From the NCBI GenBank assembly GCA_046563655.1, contig CM102290.1:6448001-6512000 (forward strand): a stretch of DNA of 64,000 nt, written 5' to 3'. The notes beneath the pieces are model-generated. The model saw only the letters and a list, made by a program, of their open reading frames with translations. It was not told where the DNA came from and ran no database searches. The position numbers were made by a program, and so were the translations under genes. Shown one piece after another: positions 28,411 to 38,918 of this stretch. Each line of letters begins with the position of its first letter. The stretch's first letter is position 1. This DNA comes from Yuukianura sp. NJ FZ-2021. Taxonomy: Eukaryota.

Positions 28411-29622
28411 ATGGACCAAACACCGGAAGACTTGATGGAACAAGGAGAAGGTGACGCTTCGGAGGGAATTGCGGAAATTGATTTGGCTGCAGAAGACGAA
28501 CTGCTGAATTCTCCGCCTCCCCGTGATACTGCTTCTCCTGGCTCTTCATCTTCGTCTTCATCTTCTTCGTCTTCTTCGCCCCCTACGACTGTCATTGCTG
28601 CTCCGATTACTCCTCGTCGTGTGGATCCGATTCCGGATGATTGGGACATGCCCTCGCTGCTGATTCCCCCCCCGAAATCCCCGAAGAAACCGGATCGTCA
28701 GTCCCCCCAAAGCTCTGGCAGTTTCCAACCCCGTTCCCCTGAGAAGAGCCTTCAGGAGATGGTTATTCCCCCAGTCCCTCGTCCAAAGCTTGCTTCGGTC
28801 GTTGTGATTCCCCCCTCGTCCCAAAATTCGCCTATGTTTCGTCGTCCCTCTGCTCCTGCGCCGAAATCCAATCCGCAAGGCCAGAAGTCTGCTGCAGCCA
28901 AGGTCGTCCCGCTTATGGATTTGAAGTTCCCGGATGGACCCTCAAAACCTCCTCAAGCTGGTACTTCTGGATCTGGTTCCCTCTCAGTCTTGGCTCGTGA
29001 CATGTCCAAAGTCACTCTGAACCCTCAAACCCCCCAAAACCCTGGACCGAGCACTTCTTCACGATCGGCTGCACCAATTCGGATTCTCGCTCGCCCAAAT
29101 CGTCCAGCTCCGTACTCTACTCGTCCCCCATTGGCTCAAAATTCGGCTCCATCTTCATCAATTCGGCCCCTTTCTTCAAATTCCCGCCAAAATTCCAGCT
29201 CCGGTTCATTTTCTTCTTCAGCTCAAGCAGTTTCCCAAGCTCCAGCAGTTCCCCCAGCCTCAGCATCAGTTCCCCAAGCCACTTCCGGTTCCTTCACCAT
29301 CCCAATCTCTGCAGCAGCTTCCAGCTCCACGTTCCAGTCAACGAATGTTCCCCCTGGACTGATCCCCATTCACGCCTACGTTCCAGCCGGCGCAACGTCA
29401 GTCACCGTAACGTGGAATACCCCCCAGGATTCACCAAACCCTGCTCCAGTTCCCCCAGCTCTTGCACAAGGACGTTTTCCTCCAGCTCCTGCACAAGGAC
29501 GTTTCCCCCCAGCCCCGAATCGGCAACAGCGACGTGCTCGTTGGTGGGCAGAGAACTCTGCAAATTGTCCACCTCCTCCCAAGCAACATCATTCCAAGGA
29601 TCCCCCACCACCATCCCAATAA
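28411..29622 (+). CDS. E1 extra ORF3: Pro/Ser-rich, probably disordered protein of unknown function (not env-like)
   Basis: Open frame of ~400 aa after pol. The ATG at 28411 is directly preceded by a polypyrimidine tract and ttttcagG. It has an acidic N-terminus and an Arg-rich C-terminus, with no transmembrane segment or furin site from this ATG. Confidence 0.65.
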   Translation: MDQTPEDLMEQGEGDASEGIAEIDLAAEDELLNSPPPRDTASPGSSSSSSSSSSSSPPTTVIAAPITPRRVDPIPDDWDMPSLLIPPPKSPKKPDRQSPQSSGSFQPRSPEKSLQEMVIPPVPRPKLASVVVIPPSSQNSPMFRRPSAPAPKSNPQGQKSAAAKVVPLMDLKFPDGPSKPPQAGTSGSGSLSVLARDMSKVTLNPQTPQNPGPSTSSRSAAPIRILARPNRPAPYSTRPPLAQNSAPSSSIRPLSSNSRQNSSSGSFSSSAQAVSQAPAVPPASASVPQATSGSFTIPISAAASSSTFQSTNVPPGLIPIHAYVPAGATSVTVTWNTPQDSPNPAPVPPALAQGRFPPAPAQGRFPPAPNRQQRRARWWAENSANCPPPPKQHHSKDPPPPSQ

Positions 29623-29686
29623 TTCCCCGAATCGCTCCGGAGTCCCTCGGTTTATCGCCGTGGCGGCTCACAGATCGCTGGGAATA

Positions 29687-30256
29687 TGTGGGGAGGTATC
29701 CCCAAACCCCTCTATAGCCTCGTGGTTCCCTCGTCCTCCTCCGCTCCACTCAACAATAGCAGCACAACAATCCCTTCGTCCCTCTGCAGTTCCGGAACCA
29801 CCAAGACCACCAGACAGCCAATCAGATGCAACAAAAGTTGCATTAGCCATCCATCTCGTCTCGTCATCATCATCTTCTTCCTCCTCCATTTTCTCTGGAC
29901 AGTCGTCCACAACATCTCACAAGGAGAAGACCTCGTCACTCCAGTTCCCAGTAGCAGCCATCTTCTTTCTTCGTGTCTGGACCCGCTACTGCCTCTATTG
30001 ACCCGGATTTGACCTCAATTCACCTCCACTGGACTTCCTGGACAGACCAGGAATACCTGGTTGATCCGACCAGGACCGCTCGTCTCTCCTACTACTACAA
30101 ATTGGCCGTAACTGTATCTTTTGTTTGTTCAATAAATTACTAATCCAATTCTTGTAGCTCCCGTGACCTCTGCCCCTTTATTTCCGTCGTCAGACGTTCT
30201 CGGGTGACCGCGAACGGGGGCCCGTTGGGGAGTTCACCCCAAGCTTTCCCTCACCA
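29687..30256 (+). repeat. Putative 3' LTR of E1
   Basis: TG start after a short purine run (GGGAATA), AATAAA at 30131, CA end with an imperfect terminal inverted repeat. Single copy only. Confidence 0.45.
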
Positions 30257-30506
30257 CTTTTTGCACCCACTTTAGTTACTTTAATTGAAGTAAGGCGAAA
30301 AAAAAGTCAAAGGTCATGCGGGTTAGGAACAACAAGTTTTTGCTTTTGTTTCGAAATTGTTTTCTAAATTGATTACTTCTGTCACACCGAGAAGAAAGCG
30401 TTCACTTCCACTTCACACAATTAGTTACAAAGCAATTTCCAGAAGTTTTTCAATCAGGATCAGGAATCCATGATCTCGTTGTGACCTTGTCACCTGTTTT
30501 TATCTA

Positions 30507-30620
30507 GCGGTGTGCTGTACACAATGTTTAGTCATGATTGATGAATTTGATAATTTCAATGTTACCGCGCGCATCATTGAAGACAATGTTCATCTGGAAT
30601 TTGCCAAAATGCCAAAAATT
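30507..30620 (+). other. Exon-like fragment resembling the C-terminal half of a ZAD (zf-AD) domain
   Basis: After the acceptor tatctag, the frame reads CCTQCLVMIDEFDNFNVTARIIE, matching the CxxC-x3-I-x2-F-x2-F helix pattern of ZAD. Confidence 0.35.
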
Positions 30621-33600
30621 CCAATTCAACAAAAGTTATACAAAGTTAAATTTCTACGGTCCGGTGGATCTTCAACAGCTTTGGACACTGGATGGTAACG
30701 TGGTAAAGCTGGTAATGCTTTCGTTTCTGAAGCAAAAACGAAAGGCGGCGGTTTATCGAAATTGTCAAAAATCGTAAGTCGCAACTGCTGTCTTCTAAAA
30801 TCCTCAATTCAACTTAATCTACAACTTCAACTTTCAAAATGTTCAAACTTTTTGTCTTTTTGGGATAACTTTTCAAAAAGTTATCCCAAAGAACTTGATT
30901 TGACCAATTAAAAAAGTTCAATTAAACATTCTAGTACTTCCCGATTGCCTGTTTGTTTTCTTTCCTTAGCTTTTACTTTTCAATTTGCAATTAACTTTCA
31001 AATTCGGATCATTCAATGTATCAGTAACGTAATCAGTTTTGTTAAATCAAGGTTTGGTTTAGCGATTCCTAACGTATTCTATTGAACTTCATCCTTCCCT
31101 GATGGAATTTTGCAAATTTTGAAGTTTGACAAGTAAAGTTAGTATGGCGGGCGCAGTGGAAGCGCAAATAGCTGGATTTCCCGCATGATTGTCAGTAGAC
31201 CGGTCGAAAGCAACGTTTCAACGTATGCTGCGTCGAGTAGACAGGCTGAAGGCAACTTGGCCGACTTAATCGGGTAGCGTAGAGCGTTGTGGTTTACGCC
31301 GGTTGAAAATCTGCTAGCCCATTGGAGTGCAAGCAATCCAGTATTATAGGTAACTTCGCTTAAGTCCATTTGAGGAGAAGAAAATGCTGAAGGTGACACG
31401 TAGAATTGCTCAACCTCAACAGACTTTAACCCGGATGTTACAAGAGTATTGAACAATCTTGGCGCAGTCTGAAATTACAACTCCATCAAAGTTATTGTTC
31501 GAAACCAATTTTTAATTTGGAAGCTTACACTTGGCATGGACTCGTCGTGTAACAGTCGATGTAAGGGGTGGGTGGATTCGTTCATAAGCAGCATTAAACT
31601 TCCTGTGACCTTGAACTAATCTTTCAGTTGACTTTCGGTCATGTCACTTGTGGTTCCAAAACCATACAAATCCTTTTGAAGATAGTCAACAACGAGCGCT
31701 TGGAACCTGGATTTGATAACCACTGGTATAATGCATATTGTTTCGTTTGTAGTCTTTGATGCCAATGGTTGTAATTCTTTCCAGCAACATTGTTTGAAGA
31801 CAATCATAAAGTCGTGCCAATTTGACGTGACCAATAGACTTAGAGCAGAGTCGGGCAGGTTCATTAGAGGACTTATTAAAGTGTGCTTGCGTTGGTCGAC
31901 CATTGCTTTAGCGTAGATAGCAACAAAGTCCGCACTTATATATCTCTTGTCCTTGAAGTGTGTAACTGCCTTTTCGACTCTGTTTGGACCCAATTGACTA
32001 CACTTCAATTTCAGAGCACTGCAAAATCAAAATCAAATAAAATAAACGTTCACTCATCTAGAATTTACACTTTGGATATAAGATGCGGGGTTACGTGAGG
32101 ATTTGTCCCATTTCCAACTCTCTAGCAACTTGGCAGTATCGCATAAATTTTTCCACAATTGCCGTTGGAATGCTCGTGCTGTCGACACTATACTCACCAG
32201 TTTCTAAAAAGTTGAAAACTCTTTGGCGTCCATACACTTGAATGACTTCTGCGTCTTTGTCGCAACACTTGGAGGCAATTAAGTCCACAGGATCTTGACT
32301 CTGTTGAATTGCTTCTCGTAATGTCACAAGGATGTCCATGAGATAGCAGAAAACAAACGTGGAGTCTTGTTTGGCAACATAATCTCTTCTGAATGCAACA
32401 GAGGACTGCTCTTTCGCGAAAATGCACAGACCAGCAACTCGGCAGAGTGGAACCCTGCAACAGTATTTAACGTGTTACCACTCTCCTCTGCGCATGGAAC
32501 ATAAGGAAGTCATACCACGTACATCGTGAATGCACATGGAGACTAGGACCAAGGCCTTAACCACTTCGAACAAAAACGTTTGTTCGCTCGAGATGTATCC
32601 AGAGTCGGCCAAGATGATATCGTAGGTTGGCGGGCCTGGTTTGTGTTGCTCCGTTGAAAATACAAGACATAGACTGGCAAGTCCTTTGGCTGGGTTTGGA
32701 CATACTCTTACTTGTCCATGCGTCACCTTCGGAAAGGCTTCAAGGAGTAAAGCCTTTGAAGTTCCCTTATACAACTGGAACACTCTATGCGCAATTACGT
32801 CAGCGCCAGGAACTGGCTTTTCACGACCCATAGCTTCCAACTGATTTCGAAGCAATAATCCTGCAGCAACTGCCTCCAAGTTCCACGGCAGCACATCGGC
32901 TGTTGCTTTTCCAACAATTAGCTTCAGTATGTGAAAGGTTAGTTCTCTCTTAGCAGAGGATCCAAAACTGATGTTATCGTAGAAAAGGATTGAAGAATTA
33001 AATGCAGATGGAGGTCGTGCCAAATTCCTCCTATATGAAAAATGAAGCGCATCCATTATATATCCTTGATGCTCACTGACCGTGCAGTACCCCTACTTAC
33101 ACATAGGCAGGAATGTATGCCGCCCGTTTGATTCCCTTCCACATGACCCATGAATTGACGTCGTCCACGCCAACGCTCCTCTCCGATGCGTCAATCTGTC
33201 CGCAAATGTTGTCATGGAGTACAAATAACGCAATTTTCGAAATAATTATATTTCGCTTACGATTCTGTGATGATGAAGTGATCCGTCATCACTTAGCTGA
33301 TACATATACATGTAGAAATTTTGTTCGTCCAAGGTCAATTCATCAAGCTCGGTGACAACGTCATCGTCAAACAGCCACCAACTGCGTAACCAAAAAATAT
33401 AAATAATTTATTTCCTAAAATGAGACAAGTATGTTATAATAATAAGTGGCGGCTTGCATGTCGTCTCTTTTGCACGTGGACACGTAGTGTCCAGCAGTTG
33501 TGGAGTGCCCAAGATGGGTGCAGACCGCCACCAAGTTATACCATGCGGGTAGACCTATTTCCGTTTTCAAATGCACCATTTCATCCTTTTTAACCTTTGT

Positions 33601-33674
33601 CGTTGTGGCGACGATGTCCAGAATTTTTTTTTGTTCAGTTTAGAGTATGAGTTTCTGGGTGGTCGCGGCTTCTC

Positions 33675-33708
33675 CCCGTGTGCACGTGCACGGGACTCCT
33701 CAGTCTAG
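33675..33708 (+). mobile_element. Helitron-like 3' terminus (hairpin plus CTAG|T)
   Basis: CCCGTG-tgcacgtg-CACGGG hairpin at 33675-33694, a 10-nt spacer, then CTAG at 33705-33708 followed by T. Confidence 0.5.
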
Positions 33709-33779
33709 TTTTAGCTCTTCTAGAGTACAGTCGCATATTTAGGAGCTCTCAGTTTCTTAGTTGTAAGTTTTTCCCTCAA

Positions 33780-34540
33780 CTTGGATTCCAACTTTTACTT
33801 TTTAATTTTTACTTTTTAATTTTTACTTTTCATCTTTCATCTTTTAACTTTTATCTTTTGATGGAAGTCGAAGGTGAAGTTGTAGTTGAGGTTGGGAGTT
33901 GGGGTTGAAGTTGAGGTTAGGTTAGGGTTAAGGTTAGGTTAGCTCTGTAATTTTCATCTTTTATCTTTCATCAGTTATTTTTCATCTTTCATTTTTTATC
34001 TTTCATTTTTCATTTTTTGTCAGTTATTTTTTACTTTTTACTTTTTACTTTTTAACTTTTAACTTTTTACTTTTAATTTTTAATTTTTTGTAAAAGATTA
34101 TTGGTTGTAAGTTCTAAGTTAATTCTTCTAGGTTAGTTTTGTCGGTTATTTAGATTCATTGTTGGGCAGTTACCTTTTTGTTAGTTATTTTTGGTCAGTT
34201 TAATTTAGTCAGGTTATTTTTATATTTGGTCAGTTTCTCAGTTATATACCCCTGTCAGCTTAGTTCGTAGGAAGAGTCTTCAGTAAACAGTCGTCGAGTA
34301 AAGACGTTCAGAAAAGTTGCTCCGCTATTGTCCTCAGTTTCTGCAAAGTTTGGTCATTCCAGTTTTTAATTTTTGCAAGCGGATTCAACTTTTAATTTTT
34401 ACTTTTTACTTTTTAATTTTTACTTTTTAACTTTTAACTTTTTGAGTTGAAGTTAATCTGAGTCAGTCCTGAGAGTTGAGTTAATTTTTAACTTTTAATT
34501 TTAACTTTCATCTTTTATCTTTTATCTTTTAACTTTGACT
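33780..34540. repeat. AT-rich low-complexity insertion (ttttta/ttttac/ttttaac runs, short GGTTA stretch) inside the USP gene
   Basis: Degenerate 6-7 bp T-rich units are directly visible, and the tract separates USP coding segments. Confidence 0.7.
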
Positions 34541-37089
34541 TTCGTCAATCATTGTGGCACGAGATTCACTGTTCGAGATTCAATTGGGATACCGTTCATT
34601 GGTAGTATCTGGCTGGCATTACAACCCAACGGATACATATTACCAACGTCTTCTTCCTCCATTGGCTGTGACGATTCAACACTTGGCGTTTCTCAGAATC
34701 GAATATTGTGCTCTTTTAATTCTGGAGTTATCAAAATTACAGTCGTCACTTTTCCGAGTGCTGAGTATCTGTATAAAGCCAAATGAAAAATATGAAAAAA
34801 AAAACTTGAGAACTTAACCTCTTGACCAATTAAAAGAAGAAAAAAGTACGCACCGTCGGAGCGTCACAATCAAGATCTGCGGAACACTTGTGACAGAAAC
34901 AGTAGTCTTTGCGTCAAGTCTAAAGGCTTTACAATTGGGACAATTCCACTCGGTGGCATGCTCTAAGAATAGGTTATCGATGGACGACTGGACACTTCCG
35001 GTAGGCTCAACTTGTAACGTGTATGCGACATCGCCGTAGGATCTTTCAAAACCGCATTTGCAGCACTTCCTAGTCGTTTTTTGTTTTTGTTCATGCATAG
35101 TTGTCAGATTCGTCTCCTCTTCATTCTTGAAAAAAAACATAAATTACGTCATGCTGCTGCCCCCATCCATAATTATTGCCGTTCATCACAAACGAACCAG
35201 TCTGCCAAACACCGCCCACTCTTGCAATTCCTGGTTAATCAACTGGCGCAAATGGAGAAGTTGCTCTTCGGCGTCATGCTGACCATTTTTAAATTGAGGC
35301 AGTTGTTCCACCAGTACTCTGTAAATATTTCTCTCTCAGTCAAATCGATAGCTATCAAAGAACAATTTTACGTACATGGAGAGTAGCCACGGACACTTGC
35401 TGTGAGCTCGGGTAGCGAAGTTGTTGTAGAACCTGCTGGATTCCGGCCGTTATAGGCTTGAACGTCGAATCAACTGATATCTCCTGGAATGCGGAAAGCA
35501 GCAAATCCGAGCTGGCCCAACATTGTAGCAACGATGACAAATAGCACGTACTCCCCAAGTTAGGTATGCCAGGCGGTATCGATTCAACTGATGGTGCACT
35601 GCTTGAGGTGCTGCTAGATTTTGAATGTTCTGGAGCTAAGGATCTTCTGGCCTTTTTAGGAAGTAATCAAATTGGCGTCTGCAGTTTTCTGCTCTGAGTT
35701 CCATCAGCAGCTCCTGCAGAAAAAAAAAGTTAGCGTATAAAACGATGTGGCGGGTTACCTGAATTGGATTCACTGCTTGCGTCTGGACTACGTGTATCAA
35801 TCTTTTCAAAGCATTTGGTGCAAACCTAGTGAATTAAAACGCAAAGGAAACATTAGATACACGTTTCCATTACTCCAGTTAGATAAGTCATACCAAGTCC
35901 TTTTCTCTGCGTTTCGAGTTGTCTACATTTGGAAACTTTTGTGTCAAATATTGTGAATAAACCTTCCATCTCCGTGGCCCGCGCACGGTGCAAATCTGAC
36001 CATAGTCAAATTGCTTACGGCAGATTGCACAGACCAAAGACAGTTGAATGGACATTTTAAGTCAACAACAAATTTTTCAAATTCTACTTTAACTCACGCC
36101 TAAAATTTTGACCTTAAATTTAGGAAAACGCCGGAAGTCACCTAACCGCCTATAAACAAAAATCACTCGTTCCTCTGAACAAACTGAACTAATAAAACCA
36201 GACAAAAGAAATAAACAATCAACAATTAAGAAAAAAAAAACTAACACCTTGGGAACTATTTTTTTTGTATAGTTTTCGTTCAGTCTACCTTCAAATTATA
36301 ATAATTTAACCTTTAATGATTATTAACCATTATTTTTGAAATTTTGCCATCATGACATCTGACCTATGACATGGACATACATGGCCGTACTATTCCCCAC
36401 AAGGACCAGTTGAAATCAACACTCCCCTGCTACGTCCATGGTCTATCCACCGCTGTACGGAAATCGATGTCGTCATGTCCATAGAGGTCAGAGGTCAACT
36501 TACACCAACTTTTGTGACAGGATGAGCCTATAAGTTCATTTAGTTTTTGGTGTTGCAGGCATTCAGATCGAGGCTGCCGTTCAAGGGCTGGGGTAGTTTG
36601 AGAACAGCGACAAAAGCTCTCGTGGTCTCTTCACTAAAAGAGCTCATTGTTATGGGTAAGGTCAAATGTTAGGATCAACAATTTACAAAACCAAAATTTG
36701 GAAAAAAAATTTTTTTAAAGTTACTTACTTTTTTTTTGAAAATTTTCTAGGGCTAGGGAGAAGTTGGGATTGAGTGGGCCTGAAAGTTGCAAATGAGACA
36801 CAAGTCGACGGCACTGAATGTAAGTAGACACAGGTTCTTATATTACCAAAAAATCAAAATTTCGACTTTTTGAAAGATTTTCCGAAATTTTCCAAAAAGT
36901 TTCTACAAATTTTCCTCCATTACATTGGTTAACACGAATCCAAGGCTTAAAAGCAACTAATTACTTTTAAACTTTTTTTCACCTTTTCAAAAAAAACTAC
37001 TGACGGGAAATTTGTTCAAATTTTGAAGAACTTGACAAAAAATTTTTTGAAAAGATTTCACCTGTGTTCTTTTTTTCAAGTTTGACAGA

Positions 37090-37410
37090 CTTCCGACCAC
37101 TTTCGGACAACACTGTCTTCCCATTACTTAGGCCAGGAGAGCGCTGGTGTCCTACAGGAGTCGATGTCATTCGAGCAGGTAATTGACAATTAACTAAAAC
37201 TTAATTAAGCAGGCTGCACACTATGTGACGTGCTTTCGTGACCTCCTATTGGTTGGATTCTTTGTTTGTGTAAGTGAACACAGGGGTGACCACAGTCAAG
37301 TTTCTTGTCACAGGCAAGGGAACAGCGAAAACAGTCTCCATAGTGACATGTGCGTGACTGGATCTGGGCGTGGTCACATTTCGTCTTCAGCGTACATCTA
37401 CAATTCACAA
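37090..37410 (-). pseudogene. Fragment with NF-X1-type Cys/His zinc-finger repeats (NFX1/NFXL1/ZNFX1-like)
   Basis: CHYGDCFRCSLACDKKLDCGHPC matches the NF-X1 repeat pattern CHxGxCxxC...CxKxLxCGHxC. Confidence 0.5.
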
Positions 37411-37534
37411 ATCAACATTTCGCATTATCTATCTTGGTCGAATTCAGCAGTACTTACCATGTGGTACCCACATGAAATAAAAATGTGGTAGCCACATGAA
37501 ATTAAAATGTGGTAGCCACATGAAATTAAAATAT

Positions 37535-38007
37535 TGTTACGGTGCGTTATTCCTCGGACGAATAACCGCACCAGAAAACGCTCCGAGTCTTCCTCCAGAA
37601 CTCCAGAAGACTCCAAATAGAAATGACTTGACCTCTTGACCTCGGTTTGACCTCGCTTGGCCTTAATGTCAAATCTTTATTGAAACTTGTAAAGAAACAT
37701 TTACAAGAGAGAACTTTGCTCACTTAGAGCTAAACATTGAATGAATTCACAAGATTCCTGACTGAGTCCAAATAATCTTTTCCAGTTAACTTGGGGTTTG
37801 GATTGGATTTGCAAAATCCACCAAAACCACCAAGTGAAACATAACTGTACCTTTGTTAATTCAATTAACCTACATTCCTACGACTAGGGGAGAAACAACA
37901 AGTAAACACGTAAACAACTTGTCCTTGAGGGGTCAAAATACTTCTCTGTACATTTCTAAACTTTGCAAAATGTAACTAAAACTTGTACCAAAAATCTCTA
38001 CATAACA
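37535..38007 (-). repeat. E2 3' LTR (473 bp)
   Basis: Direct repeat of 43762-44235, with TGTTA...TAACA termini. Confidence 0.97.
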
Positions 38008-38045
38008 GTACTCCGGGGGATCTTCAAGTCACGTCCTCGTGACTG

Positions 38046-38681
38046 CTAATTGTTGTTGTTGTTGTGGACGGCAGCAACGACGTTCACCCGGGGATTGGGG
38101 ATGTAGTGGGGATTCGGTGGGGCTCCAGGAGGTGGAAGAAGACGAGGTGGTCGCTGCACCAAACAATCTGCTGCTAAATGGCCTTGCGCCCGACAAGTGT
38201 AGCAAATCCGACGTCGTTCAGCTTGTCGGTTCCTTTGTTGACCTCGACCTTGGTTCCCGCGTCCTCTTGCATTCCCACGTCGAGCGAGTCCGCCTCCTCT
38301 CTCCCGCACTATGATGACGAGTTCTCGCCCATTCCGAAATTCACGCCATCGCGGCATCCCACGCACTGGTGGCGGCCGAACTCGCATCAATGCCACTTGG
38401 CGCTGACCTCCAGCGTGACCTCGTCGATTTCTGACGGCTGGAGCAGGTACTGCTACTACTGGAGCTGCTACTGCTACTACTGGAGCTGCTACTGCTACTA
38501 CTGGAGCTGGTACTGCTACTACTGGAGCTGCTACTGCTACTACTGCAGGCACTACTGGAGGCACATTGTCAACATTTCCTTCGTCCTCCTCATCCGTCAA
38601 CAGAATTTCAGGAATTCCTTCCGCAGGCTGGTCAACGGCCATCGGCTCATCCTCTCCGAGCAATTCCCTCTCTCGATCCAT
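38046..38681 (-). CDS. E2 extra ORF3: acidic N-terminus, (VAVAAPV)n repeat, Arg/Gly-rich region and CCHC zinc knuckle
   Basis: ATG at 38681 follows the acceptor-like tttcagG. 21-bp tandem repeats at ~38440-38545. Knuckle CYTCRAQGHLAADC. Stop lies ~40 bp before the 3' LTR. Confidence 0.7.
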   Translation of the reverse strand: MDRERELLGEDEPMAVDQPAEGIPEILLTDEEDEGNVDNVPPVVPAVVAVAAPVVAVPAPVVAVAAPVVAVAAPVVAVPAPAVRNRRGHAGGQRQVALMRVRPPPVRGMPRWREFRNGRELVIIVRERGGGLARRGNARGRGNQGRGQQRNRQAERRRICYTCRAQGHLAADCLVQRPPRLLPPPGAPPNPHYIPNPRVNVVAAVHNNNNN

Positions 38682-38918
38682 GTTCCCTGAAACATTCCAC
38701 AAAGTTAGCAAAATGGCAAACACAAAGTTAAATGAAACAATGATCTTAGACACAAAGTCTAAACAAACAACCTTTGAAAATTCTTTTCAAAACTCAAAAA
38801 TGAAAACTAATTTTTCAGAAACACTAAGTTTTAATAAAAATTTCCACTAAGGAAGTTTCTAATTATTAAAAATTCACTAAGAATTTAGCAAAGTCAGCCA
38901 ACTTACCGACCGTTGGAC

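Larger units (their letters stand above)
23932..30256 (+). mobile_element. Ty3/Gypsy LTR retrotransposon E1, 5'-truncated (no 5' LTR, at most the tail of gag), with decayed pol and an extra ORF
   Basis: Domain order is PR-RT-RH-INT. A putative 3' LTR starts TGTGGGGA at 29687, has AATAAA at 30131, and ends near TCCCTCACCA at 30256. The right boundary is uncertain because there is no second LTR to compare. Confidence 0.88.
31139..36055 (-). pseudogene. Multi-exon gene: N-terminal C4 zinc finger, USP (peptidase C19) domain and C-terminal degenerate Ulp1/C48-like domain; has in-frame stops and an insertion
   Basis: ATG at 36055 (MSIQLSLVCAICRK...VCTKC). Cys box GIPNLGSTCYLSSLLQC (~35520-35570), GQHDAEEQL (~35260-35285), CCKC...WNCPNC...PQILIVTLRR, His box YNLVAVCTHLGHSTTAGHYVSTCK (~33470-33540) and WWLFDDDVV (~33355-33380). 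GT-AG introns. In-frame TGA near 35667. Confidence 0.8.

Noticed and set aside
29376..30012. Multiple overlapping short ORFs after E1 ORF3
   Set aside because: They are low-complexity shadow frames across the end of ORF3 and the putative LTR, with no recognisable domain.
33914..33942. Telomeric (TTAGG)n tract, and likewise (AACCT)n at ~60620
   Set aside because: Only a few degenerate units, embedded in small repetitive elements.
38178..38690. Cys/Tyr/Trp-rich ORF (YCYYWSC repeats) on the + strand
   Set aside because: It is the antisense shadow of the 21-bp repeat in E2 ORF3.
28366..38753. ORF3 of E1 or E2 as env with a signal peptide
   Set aside because: The hydrophobic N-termini come from GTG starts running through pyrimidine-rich acceptor regions. 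There is no furin site, fusion peptide or C-terminal transmembrane helix.
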